A DNA stretch of 64,000 bases from an uncultured bacterium (GTDB lineage Bacteria > UBA8481). Numbering within the stretch: the first letter of the stretch is position 1; each line of letters starts with the position of its first letter. The DNA is taken from contig CAZCME010000002.1 in the NCBI GenBank assembly GCA_964499705.1, positions 1 to 64,000 on the forward strand. Direction: 5' to 3'. This document shows, in pieces, positions 41,647 to 51,894 of this stretch. The notes below the pieces were generated by a model, which did not search any database, was not told where the DNA came from, and saw only the letters and a program-made list of their open reading frames with translations. Both the position numbers and the translations under genes were made by a program.

Positions 41647-42753
41647 TTAATGAAGGTCCACAATCTTCCGCATGTCGGTGGTCTCCTCATCAGGATAGGC
41701 CGCCCCGAGGCCGGGACTTTCCGGCAGGATGATCTGTGGCGGCTTGATCCGGATGCCTCCGATCACATCGTCGCGCGCGTGGTCGTACGATCCGTCGAGA
41801 TCGAGGAATTTGAAGATCGGAAATGCCGAGGCGAGATGAGCGGAGGCGGTCAGGCCTAGCCGGGTTTCCAGGGATCCTCCCATCATGCACGGGATATCCG
41901 CCGCGGTCGCGATCCGCGCGATCGTCGCCACCGCTTCGAGCCCGCCGGCCTTGGAGAGCTTCACATTGAAGTAGTCGCATGCTTTTTCTTCCGCCAGTCT
42001 CTCCGCCTCGCGGGGCGTGAAGAGCGATTCGTCGGCCATGATCCTGATGGGAGAGAATTCCGTGACGCGTTTCATGCCCTTGATATCCTGGGCGGGGACG
42101 GGCTGCTCGCAGAATTCCACGTTGAATTCCGCGAATCGGCGGAGGGCCTCCAATGCCGCGTCGGCATCGGCATAACCCTGGTTGGCGTCCAGCCGGAGCG
42201 GCACGCCGGGGCCGACGGCCATGGAAATTTTCGCCAGCCGGACATAATCCTCCGTCGGATCCCATCCGATCTTCACCTTCAGGACGCCGTAACCTTCGCT
42301 GACGGCCCGCATCGCCAGCTCGGCGGCCGCGCTCGGATCCGGATGCGTGATCGTGACATCGATCTCCAATCGCCGCTTATCGCCGAGAAAATACCGGTAC
42401 AGCGGAAGATGCGCGGCCTGCGCCGCGATGTCATGAATCGCCATGTCGAACGCGCATCGTGTCGTCGTGTTGTGCGGCAGGTAACGTTCCATGAACCGTG
42501 AAAGCGCGTCGGCTTCCACGGGATTCTTACCCAGGAGCTCCGGCGCCAGGTCCCGCGCCGCTGCCGCGCAGATGCCCTGCGTCTCGCCCGTCACGGTCCG
42601 GAACGGACAGGCCTCCCCCCATCCCGCGAGTCCCTCGTGCGTGGTGATGCGCACCAGGATGCTGCGGACGCGGTCCATCACCATCGTCGCGATCCGGAAG
42701 GGCGCGCGGATCGGCATGTCGAGCTTCCAGATTTCTATGCGCGAGATCTTCAC
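41647..42753 (-). CDS. Dipeptide epimerase (enolase superfamily)
   Basis: GWGEA, DMAIHD, KVK, DANQG, EQP, ADES, NVKLSK, DLDG; GTG start at 42753. Confidence 0.88.
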   Translation of the reverse strand: MKISRIEIWKLDMPIRAPFRIATMVMDRVRSILVRITTHEGLAGWGEACPFRTVTGETQGICAAAARDLAPELLGKNPVEADALSRFMERYLPHNTTTRCAFDMAIHDIAAQAAHLPLYRYFLGDKRRLEIDVTITHPDPSAAAELAMRAVSEGYGVLKVKIGWDPTEDYVRLAKISMAVGPGVPLRLDANQGYADADAALEALRRFAEFNVEFCEQPVPAQDIKGMKRVTEFSPIRIMADESLFTPREAERLAEEKACDYFNVKLSKAGGLEAVATIARIATAADIPCMMGGSLETRLGLTASAHLASAFPIFKFLDLDGSYDHARDDVIGGIRIKPPQIILPESPGLGAAYPDEETTDMRKIVDLH

Positions 42754-42787
42754 AGTAGTAATATAAGCCTTGCGGAGGATATTTTCC

Positions 42788-43489
42788 ATGAGGCGGAATA
42801 AAGTCGTCGTCATTACGGGCGCGACGCGCGGGATCGGCCATGCTCTGGCGGAACAGTTTATCGCCGCCGGTCATCCCGTGGCGGGATGCGGCCGATCCGC
42901 GGAACGGATCGCATCGATGCGCGCCCGGTATCGATCGCCGAATCTCTTCGATGTCGTCGATGTCTCGGATGACGCGGCCGTCGCCGCCTGGGCACGTGCC
43001 GTCATCGCGAATCTCGGCCCCCCTGACCTGCTCCTCAATAACGCCGCGATTCTTCTTCCGGAGACCGTGATATGGAAGGTCTCCGCGTCGGATTTCTCGT
43101 CCATTGTCGATATCAACGTGAAGGGAGTCGCCCATGTCTGCCGCCATTTCCTACCGGCCATGATCGAGCGGGGCACAGGCGTCGTCGTGAATTTCAGCTC
43201 CGGCTGGGGCCGCTCCGTCGACGCCGGATTCGGCCCCTACTGCGCGACCAAGTGGGCGATCGAGGGATTCACGAAGGCGCTCGCTCTGGAGCTCCCGGCC
43301 TCGATGGCCGCGATTCCATTTTCGCCGGGCATGGTGGATACGGACATGCTGAAGCTCGCCTTCCCGGCCGAGTCCCGGGAGTATTCCGATCCGCGGTCGT
43401 GGGCTGCGCGGGCCGTTCCGTGCCTGCTTCGCCTGGGTCCCCGGGATTCGGGGAAATCTTTGAGTCTTCAGGAAAATTCGATACAATAA
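42788..43489 (+). CDS. Short-chain dehydrogenase/reductase
   Basis: TGATRGIG, NNAA, FSSGWG, YCATK, PGMVDT; GGAGG SD. Confidence 0.92.
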   Translation: MRRNKVVVITGATRGIGHALAEQFIAAGHPVAGCGRSAERIASMRARYRSPNLFDVVDVSDDAAVAAWARAVIANLGPPDLLLNNAAILLPETVIWKVSASDFSSIVDINVKGVAHVCRHFLPAMIERGTGVVVNFSSGWGRSVDAGFGPYCATKWAIEGFTKALALELPASMAAIPFSPGMVDTDMLKLAFPAESREYSDPRSWAARAVPCLLRLGPRDSGKSLSLQENSIQ

Positions 43490-43509
43490 TTTTTCCGAGG
43501 TGAAACGTC

Positions 43510-45447
<1,938 letters not shown>

Positions 45448-45558
45448 GGGGACATTCTCCAACATTCCAACATTGGGGATGAAAGAGTTACAAAAAATCT
45501 GATAACAAAATGATGTAAGTCTATTATCCCCAATGTTGGAATGTTGGAGAATGTCCCC
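45448..45558. repeat. Family-1 palindromic element, copy 3
   Basis: Perfect 33-bp IR GGGGACATTCTCCAACATTCCAACATTGGGGAT / ATCCCCAATGTTGGAATGTTGGAGAATGTCCCC. Confidence 0.95.
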
Positions 45559-45559
45559 T

Positions 45560-45739
45560 TTAAAACAGCGTGTAGATGAAGGGGGCTATGGGGCTTGAAT
45601 TGGCGAAGACGATCAGGAGCCCGAAGACCAGGAGGACGAGCACCATCGGGATCATCCACCAGATCTTCTCCTTCCAGAGAAATTCGATGAATTCGCCGGC
45701 GATACCGAACTTGGATTTCATGCGCTCGATGACGGTCAT
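45560..45739 (-). CDS. Small membrane protein, DUF5989/SxtK-like
   Basis: EFIEFLWKEKIWWMIP...SPIAPFIYTLF signature; start approximate. Confidence 0.85.
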   Translation of the reverse strand: MTVIERMKSKFGIAGEFIEFLWKEKIWWMIPMVLVLLVFGLLIVFANSSPIAPFIYTLF

Positions 45740-45770
45740 GGCCTGATTATCTCTCTCGGCACGGATTTGA

Positions 45771-46142
45771 TCAATCTTTAATGATGGAAGCGAGGGGATA
45801 GCGGCGGAAATATCCGGCGGGGCGGCGGGGATGGTCGGGATCAAAGCGGGAGACGTACTCGATCCCGGCTTCGCCCAGCCTCCACGAATAGTGAAAGCCG
45901 TCGCCGGAATTGAACGAGACCTCCCAGAGCCGGACGGGGAGAGCGCCCGTCTCCCGGATCAGGCGGATCCAGTTCGCTTTCAGAAGATTCAACTGGTGAT
46001 ACGTCCAGAGAACGGTCGCGGGCCGGGGATCGACATTCAGTTTATTCCAGAGATGTTCCATCTCTTCACGATGGCGTCCGGTGATACGCATGATGTCGGG
46101 CAGAAGCCGTTGCGATTCGTCGAATGAGAAGCAGCGTTTCAT
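45771..46142 (-). CDS. DUF2203-like hypothetical protein
   Basis: N-terminal FSFDESQRLLP and YSWRLGEAGIEY resemble DUF2203 termini. Confidence 0.55.
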   Translation of the reverse strand: MKRCFSFDESQRLLPDIMRITGRHREEMEHLWNKLNVDPRPATVLWTYHQLNLLKANWIRLIRETGALPVRLWEVSFNSGDGFHYSWRLGEAGIEYVSRFDPDHPRRPAGYFRRYPLASIIKD

Positions 46143-46242
46143 CTGTATGTTTCCACTATTATATATCGACGAGAGACACGGAATGACTCAAAGAAAACTT
46201 TTTTACAAAATGAAATAGAGGGGGTTGACAAACGGTTGCAGG

Positions 46243-47958
46243 TTACTTGTACACGACCGCGTTCTGCATGACGAGCATGTCCATTTCGCACCTTGAGAAC
46301 GTGGAGAACGCATTCGCGGGCGTCGTGACGATCGGCTCCCCCTTCAGGTTGAATGACGTGTTCAAAACGATGGGCACGCCGGTCGCCGCGCCGTGCGTCT
46401 TGATCATGTCGTAGTACCGCGGATTGACGGCTCGCTCCACGGCCTGCAGCCGGCCCGTGCCGTCCTCGTGCTTGACGGCCGGAATCGCGTCGGTCGTTAT
46501 GGGGACGACATACAGCATGTAACGCGACGGCTGGTGCCGCTCCGCGTCCTGCATCTCGAAGTGGTCCTTCACCGATTCCATCAGGACGCTCGGCGCGAAC
46601 GGCCGGAACGCCTCGCGAAACTTGATCTTCGCGTTCACGACTTCCTTCATCTCCGCCCGGCGCGGATCGGCGAGGATCGACCTGTTCCCGAGAGCCCGTG
46701 GCCCCCACTCGAACCGGCCCTGCATCCATCCCACGACGTGCCCTTTCTGCAGCGCGATCGTGATCTTCTCATACAGCTTCTCGTCATCCTCGATACGTTC
46801 CCACTTCGCGCCGGTTGTCTTGAGGAATGCTTCCACATCGCCCTGGGAATATTCTTCACCCCAGTACGCGTGCGTCAGGTGGAACTTGCGGGGATTGCCG
46901 AACAGCACATGATCGGCATACAGCGCCGCGCCCATCGCTCCGCCCGAATCCCCGGCGGACGGCTGGACGAAGATCTCCTCGAACGCGGTCTCCTTCAGGA
47001 TCCGGTAATTCGCGACCGAATTCAACGCAACGCCGCCGGCCATCACGAGCTTCTTGCAGCCGGTGTCGCTCTGGACCTTCTTCGCCATCCGGAGGATCGC
47101 TTCCTCCGTGAACTTCTGGATCGATGAGGCGACATTCGTGTACAGCGACCGCGGCGGAGCCGGCTCGTCGCGCTCGCGCGGCTTCCCGAACAGCTCCGCG
47201 AACTTGTTCGTGTAGGTCTTCTCCGTGTGGTAGTGATGCGAGAAGTAGGACATGTCGAGCTGGATAAACCCGTCGTCGTCGAGCCGGCAGACCTTATGGA
47301 CCTTCTCCAGGAATTCAGGACGTCCGTACGGAGCCATGCCCATCACCTTGTATTCGCCCTCGTTCACTTCGAATCCGAGCCAGGCGGTGAACGCCGAATA
47401 CAGGAGACCCAGCGAATGCGGGAAGTGGATGTCGTGCGTCAGGTTGATGGTCGATCGTCCGCCGACCGTCTTCGCGTGCCCCAGCGCCGTCGTCGTCCAT
47501 TCTCCGACCCCGTCGACCGACAGGACCGCGGCTTCGTCGTAAGGGGAGGGGAGAAACGCCGACGCCGCGTGCGAAAGATGATGCTCGATGAAGAGGATCT
47601 TCGACTCCGGAACTCCGGTCGCCTTATGCAGGACGCTCTTCATCCAGAACTTGTCGGAGAGCCATGTCGTCATCGACTCCCGGAAGAATTTGTAGGATCT
47701 GGGATAGGTCGCCAGCGACGTCGCAAGAATCCGGTGGAATTTCTTGAATGGCTTTTCGTAGAAGACGACCGCGTCCAGGTCGTGCGTGGTGATGCCGGCC
47801 TTCCGGAGACAGAACTCCATCGCCAGCGCCGGAAATCCGGAGTCGTGTTTCCTGCGGGAGAATCTTTCCTCGTCCGCCGCGGCGATGACCATGCCGTCCC
47901 GGACGAGGCAGGCGGCGGAATCGTGATAGAAGCAGGAGACTCCGAGGATCGTCGCCAT
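46243..47958 (-). CDS. Carbamoyltransferase, NodU/CmcH family
   Basis: YHDSAAC, EERFSRRKH, HHLSHAAS, DGVGE, GEYKVMGMAPYG, GGVALN, GPRALGNRSIL, FRPFAP, LNTSFN. Confidence 0.95.
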   Translation of the reverse strand: MATILGVSCFYHDSAACLVRDGMVIAAADEERFSRRKHDSGFPALAMEFCLRKAGITTHDLDAVVFYEKPFKKFHRILATSLATYPRSYKFFRESMTTWLSDKFWMKSVLHKATGVPESKILFIEHHLSHAASAFLPSPYDEAAVLSVDGVGEWTTTALGHAKTVGGRSTINLTHDIHFPHSLGLLYSAFTAWLGFEVNEGEYKVMGMAPYGRPEFLEKVHKVCRLDDDGFIQLDMSYFSHHYHTEKTYTNKFAELFGKPRERDEPAPPRSLYTNVASSIQKFTEEAILRMAKKVQSDTGCKKLVMAGGVALNSVANYRILKETAFEEIFVQPSAGDSGGAMGAALYADHVLFGNPRKFHLTHAYWGEEYSQGDVEAFLKTTGAKWERIEDDEKLYEKITIALQKGHVVGWMQGRFEWGPRALGNRSILADPRRAEMKEVVNAKIKFREAFRPFAPSVLMESVKDHFEMQDAERHQPSRYMLYVVPITTDAIPAVKHEDGTGRLQAVERAVNPRYYDMIKTHGAATGVPIVLNTSFNLKGEPIVTTPANAFSTFSRCEMDMLVMQNAVVYK

Positions 47959-48287
47959 CAGAACTGCTTCCGGGCGTCGTCGAGCGCGACATCGGAGGTT
48001 TTCCTCGGGATCCAGGTCTGGCGGGTCTTCATGCGCATCGGGTCGATGAACGCGTTCATGACGATGGCGTAAGGCGTGATCACGATGATGTAAAAGAGAG
48101 TCAGGATGACCCGCGAATTGAAGAGGCCCATGCGGTGCCCGAAGCGCTTGAAATTATCCCGCAGGATGATGCGCTTCTCGTGTCCGCTGGCGAGGTATGT
48201 CAGGCCGAATAGAGAGAGGCACGTGATGGCGACGGCGGCGATGCATTTGAGGACGAGAAGAACGATATGCAGAATCGAAGCGAGCAT
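47958..48287 (-). CDS. SxtJ-like small membrane protein
   Basis: FGHRMGLFNSRVILTLFYIIVITP...DPM...W...RKQF; TGATG overlap with the carbamoyltransferase. Confidence 0.72.
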   Translation of the reverse strand: MLASILHIVLLVLKCIAAVAITCLSLFGLTYLASGHEKRIILRDNFKRFGHRMGLFNSRVILTLFYIIVITPYAIVMNAFIDPMRMKTRQTWIPRKTSDVALDDARKQF

Positions 48288-48337
48288 GGGATGTGGAATC
48301 CTAGTCGGGGTTCAGTTGCTGTAAAGACAGAACTGCG

Positions 48338-49930
48338 TCACGCCGGCATCTCCACGGCTTTGCCTGTGGAAGGCGGAGCTGCCTTCATCCAGGCGCAGTA
48401 CACGACGAGCGCGACCGCGAGGCCGACGAACCAGCCGTAGTCGTACACCGAATCCCACATGGTTCTCGCCGCGGCGATGTCTTTTGGATCCATCGTGGCG
48501 GCACGCCAGAAGCCCTTCACATTGGGTAGAATTCCCGCGACCAGCGCGCCGAGAGCGGCCGGATTGAATCCGGCCGAATAGGAATAGACGCCCTTCTCGC
48601 GATACAGATCCAGCAGGTTCAGCTTCCCTCCGCGGACGATGAAGTAATCTCCGAGCATAATCCCGGCGATGGGGCCCAGCAGAGTACCGTAACCGATGAG
48701 CCAGGTGAAGATGTACCCTTGAGTCGTTTCGATCAGCTTCCACGGCATGATGAGGATGCCGATGACGCCGGTGATGAGGCCGCCCATCTTGAAGGAGATC
48801 CGTCGCGGCGCGATGTTGGCGAAGTCGTTGGCGGGGGAGACCACATTGGCCGCGATATTCGTGGAGAGCGTCGCGACGAGAAGGCCGATCATGCCGAGAA
48901 TGATCACGCCGTACCCGAGAGAGGCGCGGCCGCCGGCGATGAATTCATGCCCGACCTTCGCCGTCACTTCGACCGGATCCCACGCGTTCTTCAACGCGTC
49001 CGGCCCGGTCCAGATGACGAGCGCCGCCGACGTCACCGCGATTCCGATGAAGGAATAGAGCGTCATGGTGCTCGGCAGCCCGATCGTCTGCCCCCAGATC
49101 TGGTCCTTCTGGCTCCTGGCATACCGCGAAAAATCCGGAATGTTCAGCGAAAGTGTCGCCCAGAATCCCACCATCGCCGTCAGCCAGGGCGCGAAGGATT
49201 TTATAAATTCGCCGTTGGATTGGAATTTCGAAGGCGTGGCGAGCATGGGTCCGAATCCGCCCGCGCGATTGTAGGCCCATCCCAGCAGCATCAGGCCGAG
49301 AATGATCAGGAACGGCGCTGCCAGAGTCTCCATCCACTTGATCGACTCCGTTCCCTTCCAGATGAAATACATGTTCATGAGCCAGAAGAAGAGGAAGCAT
49401 CCCAGTTGGGCGGCGTTGATGCCGAGCGGCGTATGCGGCGCAGCCTCGATTCCCGGCGAGACGATCTTGACGAGCTCGTAGATCGCACTTCCGCCGATCC
49501 ATGTCTGGATCCCGAACCAGCCGCACGCAACGAGCGCGCGCAGAATCGCCGGCACATTCGAACCCAGCGTTCCGAAAGAAGCGCGGACAAGCACAGGGAA
49601 CGGAATGCCGTATTTCGTGCCCGGCACCGCGTTAAGGATCATCGGGATGAGGACGATCAGGTTGCCGAGAAAGACCGTGAAGATCGCCTGCGACCAGCTC
49701 ATGCCGGAATTCAACATCCCGCCCGCCAGTTGATACGTCGGGATGCAGACCGCCATGCCGACCCAGAGCGACGCGATGTGCGTGGTGCTCCATGTCCGCT
49801 GGTTCGCCATCGTCGGCACGATGTCGTGGTTCGCCAGCGGCGTCATGTCTCCGATGGATTGCGCCAGCTCGATGTGCCCGCCGACTTCGCGCTCCGCGTT
49901 GTACAGTTCGTCTATGGGTATCCGGCTCAT
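48338..49930 (-). CDS. NCS1 family nucleobase:cation symporter
   Basis: LWVGMAVCIPTY, GTKYGIPFPV, CGWFGIQTWIGG, WATLSLNIPDFSRY, NIAANVVSP; start set at ATG 49930. Confidence 0.93.
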   Translation of the reverse strand: MSRIPIDELYNAEREVGGHIELAQSIGDMTPLANHDIVPTMANQRTWSTTHIASLWVGMAVCIPTYQLAGGMLNSGMSWSQAIFTVFLGNLIVLIPMILNAVPGTKYGIPFPVLVRASFGTLGSNVPAILRALVACGWFGIQTWIGGSAIYELVKIVSPGIEAAPHTPLGINAAQLGCFLFFWLMNMYFIWKGTESIKWMETLAAPFLIILGLMLLGWAYNRAGGFGPMLATPSKFQSNGEFIKSFAPWLTAMVGFWATLSLNIPDFSRYARSQKDQIWGQTIGLPSTMTLYSFIGIAVTSAALVIWTGPDALKNAWDPVEVTAKVGHEFIAGGRASLGYGVIILGMIGLLVATLSTNIAANVVSPANDFANIAPRRISFKMGGLITGVIGILIMPWKLIETTQGYIFTWLIGYGTLLGPIAGIMLGDYFIVRGGKLNLLDLYREKGVYSYSAGFNPAALGALVAGILPNVKGFWRAATMDPKDIAAARTMWDSVYDYGWFVGLAVALVVYCAWMKAAPPSTGKAVEMPA

Positions 49931-49936
49931 TCGGGA

Positions 49937-49965
49937 AAGATAAAAGACATTTCGTCCCAATGCAA
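49937..49965 (-). promoter_or_regulatory. Sigma70-type promoter of the NCS1 gene, leaderless geometry
   Basis: Minus strand TTGCAT-17 nt-TATCTT-6 nt-ATG. Confidence 0.6.
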
Positions 49966-50041
49966 CATCCCAAAAGATTTGCCATATTCGCGAAATTGAC
50001 CGTATGATATCCAGCTTCGAAATTCATCAAGAGGTAATCCC

Positions 50042-51355
50042 ATGGACATGATGGCTCACGATCTGGAACTGACCCCTGAGGAAATCGGGAAGATGCGGAA
50101 GGAATATCTGCTTCCGTCGACGATGACCTACTATTCCAACCCGGTCAATGTCGTCAAAGGCGAGATGCAGTATGTCTACGACGAGAAGGGCCGCAAGTAT
50201 CTCGACGCGTTCTCCGCCGTCGTCACGATCTCCGTCGGCCACTGCCATCCCGATGTCGTCTCCCGCGTCGTGGAACAGGTAAAGACGCTCCAGCACATGA
50301 CCACGCTCTACTATCACCCGCGCATCGTTCAGTACGCGAAGAAGATGTCGGAGGCCGCCGCGGGAGCGAATCCGGAGCTGAAGAACTGCTTCTTCACCAA
50401 CTCCGGCTCCGAGGCCACGGAACTCGCCGCGCTCCTGGCGAAGAACTTCACCCACACGTCCGAGTTCATCGCTGTGCGCCACTCCTTCCATGGCCGCACC
50501 CTCATGGCCATGACCCTGACGGGGCAGTCGCTCTGGCGCCACTCGCTGCCGTATGTCTTCGGCGTCCATCACTCTCCCGCCGGTTACACGTACAGGAAAC
50601 CCGCCGGCATGACGGATGAGGAATTCGGTTCCTTCTGCGCGGATCAGGTCGAGGAGATCATCAAGTACCAGACGTGCGGAAAGCTTGCCGCGTTCATCGC
50701 GGAGCCGATCCAGGGCTTCGGCGGTGTCATCACGCCTCCGGCCAGCTACTTTCCGAAGATCTACAGCGTCGTCAAGAAATACGGTGGGCTCTTCATCGCG
50801 GATGAAGTCCAGACAGGGTTCGGGCGGACCGGGGACAAGTTCTTCGGCATCGAACACTGGGGCGTCAAGCCGGATATCATCACGATGGCGAAGGGCATCG
50901 GCAACGGCGTCCCGCTCGGCGGCGTCATCACGACAAAGGAGATCGCGCACTCCATGGACGGCAAGGTCCACTTCAATACCTACGGAGGAAATCCCGTCTC
51001 CATGACGCAGGGCGAGGCCGTCCTCGACGTCATCAAGAAATACGGCTACGCGGCCAATGCGACGAAAATCGGCAACAGGATCATCGCCGGCGTCGAGAAA
51101 TTGATGCAGAAGCATTCCTCCATCGGCGAGATCCGCGGAAAAGGACTCATGCTGGGTGTCGAGATCGTCAAGGATCCCAGGACGAAGGAACCCGATCCGC
51201 AGAAGGTGCTCGCGATTCTCGACAAGGGCCGCGAAATGGGCGTTCTCTTCGGCAAGGGCGGCATGGCGGGCAATGTTATCCGCATCAAGCCGCCGCTCTG
51301 TTCCACCGAGGCCGATGCGGATCAGATCCTGGAGACGCTCGACAAGTCGCTCTGA
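50042..51355 (+). CDS. Class III PLP aminotransferase (AGXT2 / beta-alanine aminotransferase-like)
   Basis: VGHCHP, TNSGSEA, FHG, EPIQG, ADEVQTGFGRTG, MAKGIGNG, NTYGGNP. Confidence 0.9.
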   Translation: MDMMAHDLELTPEEIGKMRKEYLLPSTMTYYSNPVNVVKGEMQYVYDEKGRKYLDAFSAVVTISVGHCHPDVVSRVVEQVKTLQHMTTLYYHPRIVQYAKKMSEAAAGANPELKNCFFTNSGSEATELAALLAKNFTHTSEFIAVRHSFHGRTLMAMTLTGQSLWRHSLPYVFGVHHSPAGYTYRKPAGMTDEEFGSFCADQVEEIIKYQTCGKLAAFIAEPIQGFGGVITPPASYFPKIYSVVKKYGGLFIADEVQTGFGRTGDKFFGIEHWGVKPDIITMAKGIGNGVPLGGVITTKEIAHSMDGKVHFNTYGGNPVSMTQGEAVLDVIKKYGYAANATKIGNRIIAGVEKLMQKHSSIGEIRGKGLMLGVEIVKDPRTKEPDPQKVLAILDKGREMGVLFGKGGMAGNVIRIKPPLCSTEADADQILETLDKSL

Positions 51356-51454
51356 TATCCGAGGGTTCCGTGCGTATCCGCCCGCAATCCACAAATCCAT
51401 AATTCTCAGTTGCTGCCCTGCGCTCGTTGACGTATTCTTGACTCCGATAGCTTG

Positions 51455-51859
51455 ATGAAAACAACCGTCTCAACACCGCTTGCGCCGGCCGCCATCGGCC
51501 CATATTCCCAGGCTGTCTCCGCGAATGGTTTTCTTTTCACCTCCGGTCAGATCCCGCTCGATCCCTCGACGGGCGTCGTCGTATCCGGCGGCATCGATGA
51601 ACAGACGAACCGAACGCTCGATAATCTCGAGGCCGTGCTCGCGGCCGGCGGTTCCTCGCTCGCCGCCGTCGTGCAGACGAACATCTACGTGACTTCGCTC
51701 TCCCATTTCGCCCGCGTGAACGAGCTCTACGCCGCGCGATTCGGCCCGGGGCCGTATCCTGCCCGCATCACAGTGGAAGTGCCCGCGCTGCCGAAGGGCG
51801 TTCTCATAGAGATTTCCGCCATCGCTCTGATCGAGTCCGCCTCCATGCAGCGAGGTTAA
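51455..51859 (+). CDS. RidA/YjgF family imine deaminase
   Basis: APAAIGPYSQA, SGQIPLDP, YPAR, LPKGVLIEI. Confidence 0.92.
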   Translation: MKTTVSTPLAPAAIGPYSQAVSANGFLFTSGQIPLDPSTGVVVSGGIDEQTNRTLDNLEAVLAAGGSSLAAVVQTNIYVTSLSHFARVNELYAARFGPGPYPARITVEVPALPKGVLIEISAIALIESASMQRG

Positions 51860-51894
51860 ACGCCGCGTGGGGATAGATCGCTCGGGAATCATTC

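Noticed and set aside
46243-47958. Saxitoxin biosynthesis cluster
   Set aside because: Only the widespread sxtI/J/K-like trio is present; no sxtA, sxtG or other core genes in the window
49946-49972. GACATT..TGCAACAT as a degenerate family-1 arm
   Set aside because: Weak match, no partner arm, and it is explained by the NCS1 promoter (-35 TTGCAT on the minus strand)
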